Positions 45,982 through 55,900 of a stretch of DNA of 64,000 nucleotides are shown in pieces. The notes under the pieces were generated by a model that saw nothing but the letters and a program-made list of their open reading frames with translations, searched no databases and was not told the origin of the DNA. A program made the translations under genes and the position numbers. Each line of letters starts with the position of its first letter. The stretch's first letter is position 1. Origin of the DNA: Nitrososphaeraceae archaeon (GTDB taxonomy: Archaea; Thermoproteota; Nitrososphaeria; Nitrososphaerales; Nitrososphaeraceae). The stretch is from assembly GCA_035643435.1 (NCBI GenBank), contig DASQQK010000286.1, positions 8,706-72,705 of the forward strand. The letters run 5' to 3'.

Positions 45982-46905
45982 TTGCCTGAGGAGATGACTA
46001 TCGGCGAGCACCTTGACGAATTACGTTTTAGACTGGTGCGCGTAGTGATAGCTATTATAGTCCTAATGGCATTCTTCCTCACTTTCGGACTCACTACAGT
46101 ATACATATTATTTGATGATGAGGGTGTTGTCAAAGTTGTCAGCGAATTTCCCCTCACAGAAGGTTCAGGTGGAACAGCGCCGGAGTCGGTGGGAAATTCA
46201 TACATTCTAACATTTTACTATCCGTACTATAATCCATTCGATAATATTGCAATACAACTCACAACTTACTTAAGTGACACCCTTCTACCCCCTGGAGTAT
46301 CTCTGATTCAAACCACCCCAGGGCAAGCTTTCTTTTCCCAAGTATATGTTGCGGTTTTATTGAGCATATTGATTTCCATCCCACTGATAATAAGAGAAGT
46401 ATATGCATTCGTTTATCCCGCTTTTGGTCAATCTACTAGAAAACTCTTTGCCATTAAGACTCTTGTTCCAACAGTCTCACTCTTTGTTGTTGGAGTCTTA
46501 TTCTCATATGTACTTGTTATCCCACTGGTCCTAAATTTCCTTTATACATACGGCGAATCTATTGGTGTGGCTACTTTTTTTAACATAAACGATTTCTACC
46601 CCTTTGTACTTCAGCTTTTAATAGCATTCGGACTCGCCTTTCAGCTACCTGTCATAATGTATGCGCTCTCATTGACTGGTATTGTCGATTTCGACTTTTG
46701 GAAAAAGAACTTTAGGTACGCCTTAATTATTTTTGTGATATTTGGAGCTATCATTACTCCCGACGGTGGCGGCGTCAGCATGTGGCTAGTAGTCGTGCCC
46801 ATGGTTCTCCTTTACATGGCTGGATTGTTGGTAGTCAAGAGATCCCAGAAAGAGAAAGAGCAAGCTGCCAACTCCGAATCAGCGATCCACAGACTGGATC
46901 ATTAG
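45982..46905 (+). CDS. tatC: twin-arginine translocase subunit TatC
   Basis: GEHLDELRFRLVRVVIAII..., six TMs, and FGAIITPDGG near the C-terminus. The ORF opens at a TTG. The ATG at 45994 is an alternative start. Confidence 0.85.
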   Translation: MPEEMTIGEHLDELRFRLVRVVIAIIVLMAFFLTFGLTTVYILFDDEGVVKVVSEFPLTEGSGGTAPESVGNSYILTFYYPYYNPFDNIAIQLTTYLSDTLLPPGVSLIQTTPGQAFFSQVYVAVLLSILISIPLIIREVYAFVYPAFGQSTRKLFAIKTLVPTVSLFVVGVLFSYVLVIPLVLNFLYTYGESIGVATFFNINDFYPFVLQLLIAFGLAFQLPVIMYALSLTGIVDFDFWKKNFRYALIIFVIFGAIITPDGGGVSMWLVVVPMVLLYMAGLLVVKRSQKEKEQAANSESAIHRLDH

Positions 46906-46988
46906 AGTTGTTATTTGACAACTTTTTATCGTATTAATAACCACGATTAACACTTAAATGCAGATATGCCTAAGATATGTCTAGATAG

Positions 46989-47330
46989 ATGATTACTTCA
47001 AGCTATTTGATGCAAGCATTTGGAGTTGGCGGGTTGGAGTGGATATTTATCATAATTATCGTGATTGTTCTATTCTTCGGTGTAAAGAAGATTCCAGAGA
47101 TTGCACGATCTGTTGGTAAGGCTTCTTCTGAATATGAAAAGGCCAAAATCCAGGCAAGGCGGGAGTTAGATCAAATGAACGTGAAAGATGTTAATGCTGA
47201 ATCACCAGTTGACAGAGAAAAGCTCGAGTCCATTGCAGACACTTTAGGAATTGATTCTACAAATAAGAATGATGAGGAGCTCCGTAAGGCGATAGATCAC
47301 GCTATCAGTAAGGGAAGAAATAGGGTATGA
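46989..47330 (+). CDS. tatA: twin-arginine translocase subunit TatA/E
   Basis: FGVGGLEWIFIIIIVIVLFFGVKKIPEIARSVGKASSEYEKA is a TM plus amphipathic helix with the FG hinge. Confidence 0.85.
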   Translation: MITSSYLMQAFGVGGLEWIFIIIIVIVLFFGVKKIPEIARSVGKASSEYEKAKIQARRELDQMNVKDVNAESPVDREKLESIADTLGIDSTNKNDEELRKAIDHAISKGRNRV

Positions 47331-47462
47331 CAACTCTTAGTTTTTGAACCAATAAAAAAGCTTTTAAAGGATTGAGAGGAATCTATTATGACCGGAACTG
47401 AATTAGCTCCTGGCGTCATGTTTTGGAACTGAGTTGGTTTTCGTCGATTTAGTGATAACAGT

Positions 47463-49154
47463 ATGTGTGGAATAGTTGGTATTTTGAGCAAGACCGGAGA
47501 AAATGTAGTGCCTTTGGTGGAATCAATGCTTTCGTGTATAGCGTGCCGAGGTCCAGATGGAGTAGCAATTGCAGCAGCGGAGCAAATAGTTCAAACCGAT
47601 TCTTTTAGTGACCTCCGAAAACATCCTATGTCAGACAGTTGTTCTGCGTTGGGACATGTCAGACTAGCCATTGTAGGTGGAACTTGTGGACAGCAACCAT
47701 TTAAAAGTTGTGATGGGAGGTTTATTGTGGAGCATAATGGAGAAATTTACAATTACAAGAAGCTGAGGTGCAAACTAGAAAGCACTCACAGATTTGTCTC
47801 TCAAACTGATAGCGAGGTAATAGCACATATTTTTGAGGACAATTACTCTAAGGTTAGGGATTTTCATGGTGCGATAAGAAAGACAGTTTCTGAATTGGAC
47901 GGCGTATACGCTATCGTGATAAGAGACGAAGAAACAGGTGAGATTGCTTTGGTTAGAGATGTTATGGGTGTTAGGCAACTTTACTATGGCCAGAACTCCC
48001 AACTCGTGGCCTTTGCTTCTGAAAAAAAAGCACTCTGGAAGATCGGCTTAAAGGAACCAACCCTAAGGATTCATCCAGGATCCTCCTTAACCATCATGCC
48101 TGACGGTTCATTCGGTGAGCAGCAAAAGGTTACGAAGAATCCTGTAAGTAATCAGAAGATTCGATACAAGACGCTGAGCTCTGCGATCAAAGCATACAAA
48201 AGGGCTCTAATTTCATCCATGAGAAAGCGTACTCAAGATTTCGATCGAATAGGTATCATATTCTCAGGAGGAATTGATAGTGTAATCATTGCTTGGCTTG
48301 CCAAGAAGATGGTTCGTGAAGTTATATGCTATACTGGCGGGGTGGAAGGATCTAGTGATATTGCATTTGCCAGAAAGATTGCAAAAAAACTGAACTTGAA
48401 ATTAAGAGTAAACGAATTATCAATCGATGAGGTAGAAGAAATGATTCCCCATGTAATTAATACAATTGAACATACTAATGCAGGGCAGGTGGAAGTTGCT
48501 ATCCCCGTATACGCGGCTGTAAAACTAGCCCATGACGATGGCATTAGAGTGATGTTTACTGGGCAAGCAGCAGATGAGCTATTTGGGGGTTACTCATGGT
48601 ACGGTAAGATCGTAAAAGATGGAGGAGGATATGTTGGCTTGCGTCAATATATGAATGAGGACTTGAACCTTTTGTATAAGGAAACATTGGAGAGAGAAGA
48701 TAAAATTACCATGGCTCACAGCATTGAAATGAGGGAGCCATTCCTTGACCTGAAATTGATCAGGCTGAGTATGAAAATAGATTTAAGATTGAATGTCAAA
48801 GGTGAGTCAGATGCATTTGGTAAGCATGTGCACAGAAAACTCGCCCAAGAATTGGGTATTCCAAGAGATATCGCCTATCGTTCCAAGGAAGCAGCTCAAC
48901 ATGGATCAGGAATTCATCAAGTGATTGACTTGCTAGCTAGAAAACATGGTTATGATGAATCAACTATCTCAGCAAAGTACCTGGACTTACTTAAATCTCG
49001 TGAGAGGGTAGGAAGTTCTCAAAGGTATGGATACCTTTTCGAGAACGAGAAGAAAAAAATGTGGATTGCAGAACCTCATGTTCAGATGTATCTTGACAGC
49101 ATATCAAAGATATTGCCAACCCTCGAACAAAATGTTGTCGCTAAGAGGACATAG
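47463..49154 (+). CDS. asnB: asparagine synthase (glutamine-hydrolysing)-like amidotransferase
   Basis: The N-terminal MCGIVGIL (Ntn Cys2) and the PP-loop FSGGIDSVIIAWLAKK give the class-II GATase plus synthetase domain layout. Confidence 0.85.
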   Translation: MCGIVGILSKTGENVVPLVESMLSCIACRGPDGVAIAAAEQIVQTDSFSDLRKHPMSDSCSALGHVRLAIVGGTCGQQPFKSCDGRFIVEHNGEIYNYKKLRCKLESTHRFVSQTDSEVIAHIFEDNYSKVRDFHGAIRKTVSELDGVYAIVIRDEETGEIALVRDVMGVRQLYYGQNSQLVAFASEKKALWKIGLKEPTLRIHPGSSLTIMPDGSFGEQQKVTKNPVSNQKIRYKTLSSAIKAYKRALISSMRKRTQDFDRIGIIFSGGIDSVIIAWLAKKMVREVICYTGGVEGSSDIAFARKIAKKLNLKLRVNELSIDEVEEMIPHVINTIEHTNAGQVEVAIPVYAAVKLAHDDGIRVMFTGQAADELFGGYSWYGKIVKDGGGYVGLRQYMNEDLNLLYKETLEREDKITMAHSIEMREPFLDLKLIRLSMKIDLRLNVKGESDAFGKHVHRKLAQELGIPRDIAYRSKEAAQHGSGIHQVIDLLARKHGYDESTISAKYLDLLKSRERVGSSQRYGYLFENEKKKMWIAEPHVQMYLDSISKILPTLEQNVVAKRT

Positions 49155-49193
49155 ATTGAGTCTGGTATGATGTGAAGGGCGGGGGGCATTGTT

Positions 49194-50090
49194 CTAGTTT
49201 TTTCCAACAGAACTTGCTTTGAAATTGCAAGTAAGGTTATTTTTTATTAATTTGGACACTATAAATGGCGACATCACTAGAGCAGGGATACTTATTAAAA
49301 GGAACAGGGTCTGGAACTGAGCTAATACTGCTACAGCTACTCCTGATCCAAAACCGATGAATAGAGAAATGAGACTACCTGCGCAAGTCGGGCATCCAAC
49401 GAAGAGCCCAGCAGTAATACCTATTCCACTCACTACTGAAAGTTTTTTGTTCTTGTTTTGACTTCTTGACATACTAAAGAAAGAGACCATTAATGATATA
49501 TTAAAACCAACCAGTGCCGATATTGTGATAGAAAGCACAAAATTAATCGGAATTATTAATATCGTGAAATACTCGGTTAGGTATACAGATAACATGGGAA
49601 CATATCCAGGCAGGTTACAGCAAGGCGTAACCATCAGTGAAGGAACCATAATTCCATCTGTGCTCATTGGCATATTAGGCTCGTATATCAGTATTTGTGA
49701 CAAGAATGCAAAGCCGATCCAATAAACCGCCGAAGAAATAGCCATAATTTTCCAATATTTGATGTCAGTGAACGTATACATCAAGTAGGATCCTAAAAGG
49801 CTACCCCTTGAGTGAGCTCTCGCCGTTTCAGCTTTAAAGATAAGATAAATTCCGTAGATACAGATAGGAATGGATAGAAAGGTCCAAAACAATACTATGC
49901 TTGCAAGATTTGTGAGTCGAGAGCTCATCTGTAGCGATTGATTGTCTTGGGGATTGGTTAAGCCACTGTAGATCACAAATATAGATATCAGTGATAAACT
50001 GCTCAACAAAGCCAACCTGACACCTCTAGTTCGTAGCTCTGCGGAATTCTTGACATCAAACATTATAGAAGAAATTCCAAGTTGTGACAT
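49194..50090 (-). CDS. polytopic membrane protein with TPCCNLP and GCPTCAG motifs (possible CcdA/DsbD-superfamily thiol-disulfide transporter)
   Basis: About eight TMs. Two intramembrane Cys motifs (VTPCCNLPGYVP, GCPTCAGSL) recall the paired PCxxP-type motifs of CcdA/DsbD. The assignment is tentative. Confidence 0.4.
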   Translation of the reverse strand: MSQLGISSIMFDVKNSAELRTRGVRLALLSSLSLISIFVIYSGLTNPQDNQSLQMSSRLTNLASIVLFWTFLSIPICIYGIYLIFKAETARAHSRGSLLGSYLMYTFTDIKYWKIMAISSAVYWIGFAFLSQILIYEPNMPMSTDGIMVPSLMVTPCCNLPGYVPMLSVYLTEYFTILIIPINFVLSITISALVGFNISLMVSFFSMSRSQNKNKKLSVVSGIGITAGLFVGCPTCAGSLISLFIGFGSGVAVAVLAQFQTLFLLISIPALVMSPFIVSKLIKNNLTCNFKASSVGKN

Positions 50091-50190
50091 TAATCTGTAT
50101 CGACCTTTATCAAAGATGGCAACTTTAGCAATTATATTCTATATCACAAACAAAATCCAATGCAATGAGTCCATCTCAAATAAATGGCCC

Positions 50191-50511
50191 TCAAAAGTTA
50201 TCTCCGAAATTACGTGTGTGATCATATACTTCCTCTTGTGGGGTAGCCTTCTCGCCATGTTTGTCCAAGTTCTTGTGCAGTCTATAATCTACGATCTTTT
50301 GATGCTCATCTCTCTCATGATGTAATCTGTCCCTTTCATGTATGAACTCTTTTCCACAGATATGACATTTTACGATCGGATGGTGATGAGCATGCTTAGC
50401 ATGTTGTATAAGCTCCTCGTAGCTCTTAAACTTCTGTCCATCTGGAGGTGAGAGATCGCACTCGAATTTGTTTCGGTGAAATAGGTTCATATGATACGAC
50501 ATTACTAGCAT
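50191..50511 (-). CDS. C2H2 zinc-finger protein
   Basis: KCHICGKEFIHERDRLHHERDEH fits Cx2Cx12Hx4H with Phe at the classical position. His-rich. Confidence 0.6.
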   Translation of the reverse strand: MLVMSYHMNLFHRNKFECDLSPPDGQKFKSYEELIQHAKHAHHHPIVKCHICGKEFIHERDRLHHERDEHQKIVDYRLHKNLDKHGEKATPQEEVYDHTRNFGDNF

Positions 50512-50609
50512 CTGATTGACGTATTAAATGCTTCTGGTAATGTGTTTCAAGAGGCTTCAGCGTCCACAAGTTATGAGCATTTGAAGCGGAGCTAGTTGAG
50601 GGACTCCAT

Positions 50610-51158
50610 TTAATGGGCCTTTGTGACTTCACTATCATAAATTGCATTTTGTATTATTCCCCTAATTTTATCTGCAATTTTACCGCGATAAGAGGGATCA
50701 GGGTTCCTTACTTTTTCTAAAATTATTTCACTCTCCCACTTATTTTCTGCACGGCGTATTTTTTTTGTAGAGCTGTCAAAGAAATACATCTGACGAATAG
50801 CTAAGTGAGAAAAATCTTGCTTTGAAGCTGCTCCATGAAAATGCATCTTAAAGGCGGGAATATGCACGACATCTCCATTCTTGTTCATTTTAACTGTTTC
50901 AATGTCCTTAATCTCAAAATTTGCAATGGAGTCACTATTTATTATACCTACTATCCCTCGTCCTTTAGTGGCGATCAAAACCTGATCCGTTTCGTGGTAA
51001 TGTACCGTAGTTATGGCTCCATTCTTAAAGTATACATGATAGATCTCTAGTTCCCTCGAATTTCTATCATCAAGCACCCGTTGTAAGATTACCTTTCCTC
51101 TAAAATATGAGGGATCAACCTTTTTAACTGGTGAATTGTAAATGTTCTTCTCGAACAT
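50610..51158 (-). CDS. cupin-domain protein
   Basis: TVHYHETDQVLIATKGRGIV...VVHIPAFKMHFHG are the two cupin motifs with His/Glu ligands. Confidence 0.65.
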   Translation of the reverse strand: MFEKNIYNSPVKKVDPSYFRGKVILQRVLDDRNSRELEIYHVYFKNGAITTVHYHETDQVLIATKGRGIVGIINSDSIANFEIKDIETVKMNKNGDVVHIPAFKMHFHGAASKQDFSHLAIRQMYFFDSSTKKIRRAENKWESEIILEKVRNPDPSYRGKIADKIRGIIQNAIYDSEVTKAH

Positions 51159-51387
51159 AACTCACGGTGTAATTTCACCTAAATAATAAGTCTTCGTGTT
51201 GATACCTTTCCACCTCACATCTTCTCAATAATTCATTTCATATTGATAAGATGCCCATGACAGTTCAGTCCCTACGCAAACCTGCTGAAATGCAGCGCAT
51301 ACAATTAAAAATGATAGGTCTGTCTGCCAAATCAAGGGAAAACGGGGTGTAATCTTTAATTCCCAGGATTGTGTACCTAAAATAAAA

Positions 51388-51819
51388 ATGTCTTCCAATT
51401 TGCCCATCGACGAAGATGAATACATAGTTGCCAAGATCAGTTATGTAGGATTCGCAGACCAGCTAGGGCTAGAGGGAATTGTTATACTTAAAACATTTGA
51501 TGGGAAGGAATTTCCTATGCGCGCCTTCTCTGGCGAAGTTGCTAGGCACATCTCGAGGTTCCAGGAGGGCGATAAGAACACCATTCCCACAATTTATAAC
51601 CTTGTGGAAGAGCTAGCAGTGAGCCAGGATCTGTTACTTCTAGAAGTACGCGTGTATCAAAGTGGCTCCGTTCTTAGGGCAAATTTATACTTTAAGAATC
51701 GGAATGAAAACTTTATCCTGAGGAACTATCGTGCTTCAGATGCTATTGCATTGGCGGCATTCTATGACATCCCAATACATGTCAGAAAAAACCTGTTCGA
51801 AGAGACAATAGAACAGTAG
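51388..51819 (+). CDS. bifunctional nuclease (DUF151/BFN family)
   Basis: FPMRAFSGEVARHIS...IPTIYNLVEEL...ASDAIALAAFYDIPIHV matches the DUF151 pattern (IG..EA.AI...RP.THDL...RPSDAIALA..., from memory). Confidence 0.6.
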   Translation: MSSNLPIDEDEYIVAKISYVGFADQLGLEGIVILKTFDGKEFPMRAFSGEVARHISRFQEGDKNTIPTIYNLVEELAVSQDLLLLEVRVYQSGSVLRANLYFKNRNENFILRNYRASDAIALAAFYDIPIHVRKNLFEETIEQ

Positions 51820-51845
51820 GCCTCTATTCTGAGGTATTCCAAAGT

Positions 51846-53012
51846 CTAAGTTATTATTTCGTTTAGCTTGTTGTTCTTTATTGCCTGATTGATTTCCATA
51901 GCTACTCTTCTCCCTACCCCTAGGACGAAACCATGTGAGTACTTTGTGTACGGGCTTGTAGTCGCCATAATAGGATTTCCTGGAACCCTCATAGAGACAT
52001 CATAAACAACGAGCTCTAGATCACGCGTTACTACACTCTGCAAAGAAATGGGTCCGATCAGACCAGGAGAGTATTTCGAGTTCACAAAATTTGCAAACTT
52101 GTCTCCAAGGAGGAAGATCTTCTCTAGGAGAGATTCTCTTATGCTAGCAGGCATGTGGCCAACCTCGATATTTTGTAATTCTATATCTATTGCCAATTGT
52201 TCCTTAGCAGGGATAGATGTGGTAAAGTCGTGAAGGTTGGTTTGCAGTCTCCTCTCTATTCCGAGAAATTCCATCTCTCTTTTAAGAGGTGAATAAAAAA
52301 AGTTGAAATTGAAATAGGTGCCAATCACAAACTCTTCTATCACCGCATTCTTAAGATCGGCTCTGTTGATAATGCCTTTTTCTATTCTCATTTCTGATTT
52401 TCGAATGAAGTCGTCATATGAAGAAGCAATAAAGAACGCTCTTTCCAGCTTTCGTGTCGCTTCAGGTATTTTCACTATTGCAAGACCGTGTATTTCTGAG
52501 GGGTCATTAAAAATAGTTGGATGTCTGATGTTCGCCTGATGAAGTAAATTGTACTGGTTATAGCTCTCTCCGCGTTCTTCTACACGAAGTAGCGATCTAT
52601 TACCAAATAGTGGCACCAGAAATATTTTTTCTATATTTTCATAGCCAAGGTATGCAGTAAACGCTCTATTTGTAACAAAGATTGTATTTAGTTCAATCAG
52701 CTTTCGCATATTTTCTTTGTAAAGTATGTCTGAAAACCTGTCTAGCAAGAGGATCTCGTCTGCAAGTCTTCTAAATCTGAAATATGGCGTCTCTCTTCCT
52801 TTTTGGCATATACAAACTGTTTTAAGCCCTTCGTCTTTACATCCATCCATTATTTCTAGAGCTGAATGACTTCCAATTGTTCCGACACTTATGTTTTCTT
52901 TATCGTAGCCGTCAACTATGTTAATAACCTGCCTCATTGAAATCATACTATTTTGACAGTTACATACCTCAACAACGATATATTTTGTTTTACTGACCTG
53001 CGTTATTTGCAT
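51846..53012 (-). CDS. purP: 5-formaminoimidazole-4-carboxamide ribonucleotide (FAICAR) synthetase PurP
   Basis: VGTIGSHSALEIMDGCKDEGLKTVCICQKGRETPY plus an ATP-grasp C-terminal half, typical of archaeal PurP. Confidence 0.85.
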   Translation of the reverse strand: MQITQVSKTKYIVVEVCNCQNSMISMRQVINIVDGYDKENISVGTIGSHSALEIMDGCKDEGLKTVCICQKGRETPYFRFRRLADEILLLDRFSDILYKENMRKLIELNTIFVTNRAFTAYLGYENIEKIFLVPLFGNRSLLRVEERGESYNQYNLLHQANIRHPTIFNDPSEIHGLAIVKIPEATRKLERAFFIASSYDDFIRKSEMRIEKGIINRADLKNAVIEEFVIGTYFNFNFFYSPLKREMEFLGIERRLQTNLHDFTTSIPAKEQLAIDIELQNIEVGHMPASIRESLLEKIFLLGDKFANFVNSKYSPGLIGPISLQSVVTRDLELVVYDVSMRVPGNPIMATTSPYTKYSHGFVLGVGRRVAMEINQAIKNNKLNEIIT

Positions 53013-53015
53013 CGA

Positions 53016-53225
53016 TTATTGCCTTTCAGCAATATAGATCTCAAGCAGATTCTGGAATCCTCTCTTTTCATGAAATAGCCATCTTTTACTACAGATTGCG
53101 CATCTTATTGAATTATCACCAACTGAGTACTGCAATTCGAAATGACTACAACGTACTTGATATTCGAGCTTTAAAGCCTCCAATTCTCTAATTGCGTTAA
53201 TATCCCTGACAGAATTTTCTGTCAA
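53016..53225 (-). CDS. small Cys-containing protein, function unknown
   Basis: 69 aa with C...CAIC. It lies 3 nt upstream of purP on the same strand. Confidence 0.35.
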   Translation of the reverse strand: MTENSVRDINAIRELEALKLEYQVRCSHFELQYSVGDNSIRCAICSKRWLFHEKRGFQNLLEIYIAERQ

Positions 53226-53498
53226 TATACTTTGCCATTAGGCGCTCCAGCTTATCAACTTTGTCTGTACTAGTCGTTATTGTTGAAAAATATCCCTATA
53301 ACAATGAGCACCGCATTCGCTTGAATCTGATTCTGTGACTCGTCTGCTTAAATTAATACTCTGGTATTACATAGTCGGGCAAATTAATCAGCCCGCCAAG
53401 CAGTTTCCATGTTTTCGGATTCTCTGGCCAAGGTCGCAAAATCTTTTCCACATCATATGGATATCAGTTGTTGAAAAACACTATTCTTAATAAGATAT

Positions 53499-55703
53499 AT
53501 GATATTAGAGATTAAATCAGATCGTATGGGGTTAGTTGAGGATTCTAAACATCATCCAAATAGTGCCGGGCGTGGAAATCTACACAAAATACTGAACATC
53601 TTAGGATATTCTGAGTTATATCCTCCACAAGAAATCGCTATTTCAAAAGGTGTCTCAGAAGGCAAGAATCTGATTGTAGTGACTCCCACTGCAAGCGGAA
53701 AGACATTGACAGCGATGTTGGCCGCGTTATCAGTCCTACAGAGAGGATCAAAAGTGATCTACCTAACGCCGTTGCGAGCACTGGCATCGGAAAAATACAA
53801 TGACTTCAAGTTGTTTGAAAGGAATCCCTTGGTAGGTAAACTTCTCAAAGTTAAGATAGCAAGTGGAGATTACAATTCACCTGGAAGTGGATTGTCTGAT
53901 GCTGATATTGTTATAGCAACCAATGAAAAGATGGATTCACTCCTTCGGCGGCGAATTGACTGGCTACAGAAGGTGGGACTCTTTATAACGGATGAATTTC
54001 ATTTACTATCTGATGCTCAGAGAGGTCCGACTCTGGAAATGTTGCTCACTAAAATCCGTAGTAGATATTCGGAGGCCCAAATCTTAGCGCTAAGCGCAAC
54101 TATAGCAAATCCTGATGAACTAGCAGAATGGCTCGATTGCGATCTGGTCTTGAGTTCTTGGCGACCCACTAAATTGATAGAGGGTGTGTTTGAAGATGGT
54201 AAAGTATATATGAATGATGGTAGTCGGTTTACGGTCGAGGTTTCTGCCAAAGATTTGGCCTCTGTCGATGTTGCTATCGATTGCGTTGCTAAGGGTGGCC
54301 AATCATTAATCTTCGCGGAAACCAGAAAGCGGTCTGTTTCACTTGCTATGAAAGCAGCTTATAAGGTTCATCAGACGTTATCACGAAAAGATGCTCTGAA
54401 GGCATCAGGGGTATCATCTAAGCTCTTAAAGAAGGGCGATGACACAGACTTGACGCAGACATTGATAAAGCTGGTAAGCAAAGGTGTTGCCTTTCATCAT
54501 GCAGGTCTATCACATCATTGCAGAGAAGTGGTAGAGAGAGCTTATGCGAATGGGATCATCAAGCTAATAGTGGCCACCCCAACTTTGGCATCAGGTGTGA
54601 ACCTACCAGCAAGGAGAGTTGTACTTTCTAGCGTAATGAAGTATGATCTGGAACAGGGCGGATATGTTCCCATTCGAATTATGGAGTACAAACAACTATG
54701 CGGCCGGGCGGGGCGCCCCCAGTATGACGAAAAAGGGGAAGGTATAATCATAGCGAATGACAAAATTACCAGGCATGATCTATACGATCACTATATTGAA
54801 GGAACGCCTGAGCCGGTAAAATCTAGTTTGATGAACGGGAGATACCTAGGACCACATGTCCTAAGTACGGTAGCAGAACTTCCAGGCATCAGAAGGTCAG
54901 AAATTTGTGGATTATTCGCAAAGACATTTTGTGCACACCATAATGAGTCGATGTTATTGGATAAGGTTGACCAAATGCTATACTATCTTGAAGAAGAGGA
55001 ACTAATTAAATCTAAGAATGATAGATACATAACTACTCCATTTGGGAAAACTATTTCTTTACTATATATGGATCCGTTGACAGGAGTTCAATTTCGAAAT
55101 TCCATTAGAATGATAAAGAAGAATGCGAGGGATTCTCAGGATAATCATTTACTTGAGTATCTTCAGATAATTACATCGTGTACAGATTTTTTTCCAAAGC
55201 TTCACCTGAGGAAGAAAGATCTAGAATCCATATCAGATCTTGTGAGTAAGAACGAAAGTTGGCAAGTAATTGCATTGGACGAACATAATTATACTAGGAG
55301 CCTCTTGGTATTATACAACTGGATAGAAGAAGCTAGTGTAAGACAAATATCTTTGGAATTAGGGGTAGAGCCCGGAGATTTATACAGGATTGTTGAAGCT
55401 GGCGAACGGCTAGTCTCATGCTTTTATGAGATTGTTAAACTTTGTAAAAGGGCTGATCTTTTGGCTGAAGTTGACACGCTCAGAAGACGAATTAAATATG
55501 GGGCCAGGCCTGAGTTGCTGTCACTGTTGAAGATATCAGGTATTGGCAGAGTTAGAGCAAGATCTCTATTTAATGGAGGTATTACTTCCGTGAAGGATAT
55601 TTTAGAAGTAGATGAAAAACATATGGCAAGAATTCCAAATATAGGTGTGATAATGGCGAGAAGAATAAAGAAGGAAACTGCAAATTTGTCTAGGCTGCCC
55701 TGA
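53499..55703 (+). CDS. hel308: Ski2-like superfamily-2 helicase (Hel308/ASH-Ski2 type)
   Basis: TPTASGKTL (motif I), DEFH (II), SAT (III), QLCGRAGRP (VI), followed by winged-helix/ratchet regions and a C-terminal HhH (ISGIGRVRARSL). Confidence 0.88.
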   Translation: MILEIKSDRMGLVEDSKHHPNSAGRGNLHKILNILGYSELYPPQEIAISKGVSEGKNLIVVTPTASGKTLTAMLAALSVLQRGSKVIYLTPLRALASEKYNDFKLFERNPLVGKLLKVKIASGDYNSPGSGLSDADIVIATNEKMDSLLRRRIDWLQKVGLFITDEFHLLSDAQRGPTLEMLLTKIRSRYSEAQILALSATIANPDELAEWLDCDLVLSSWRPTKLIEGVFEDGKVYMNDGSRFTVEVSAKDLASVDVAIDCVAKGGQSLIFAETRKRSVSLAMKAAYKVHQTLSRKDALKASGVSSKLLKKGDDTDLTQTLIKLVSKGVAFHHAGLSHHCREVVERAYANGIIKLIVATPTLASGVNLPARRVVLSSVMKYDLEQGGYVPIRIMEYKQLCGRAGRPQYDEKGEGIIIANDKITRHDLYDHYIEGTPEPVKSSLMNGRYLGPHVLSTVAELPGIRRSEICGLFAKTFCAHHNESMLLDKVDQMLYYLEEEELIKSKNDRYITTPFGKTISLLYMDPLTGVQFRNSIRMIKKNARDSQDNHLLEYLQIITSCTDFFPKLHLRKKDLESISDLVSKNESWQVIALDEHNYTRSLLVLYNWIEEASVRQISLELGVEPGDLYRIVEAGERLVSCFYEIVKLCKRADLLAEVDTLRRRIKYGARPELLSLLKISGIGRVRARSLFNGGITSVKDILEVDEKHMARIPNIGVIMARRIKKETANLSRLP

Positions 55704-55900
55704 GATACCACTATCCTACTAAACCCGGATACTACCTTTCCTGTAATGATTGCTTCCGTTAATCACCGAATATCACTTATGCCGATTTTATGTGCAGAAA
55801 GATCTGTATTATGGCCTGTGCTTGCCCCCTTAGATGATGTTTCATGTATTTTGTTACTAATTAAATTTATAATAGGCTGGCATATCTTGCAGAACCGATC

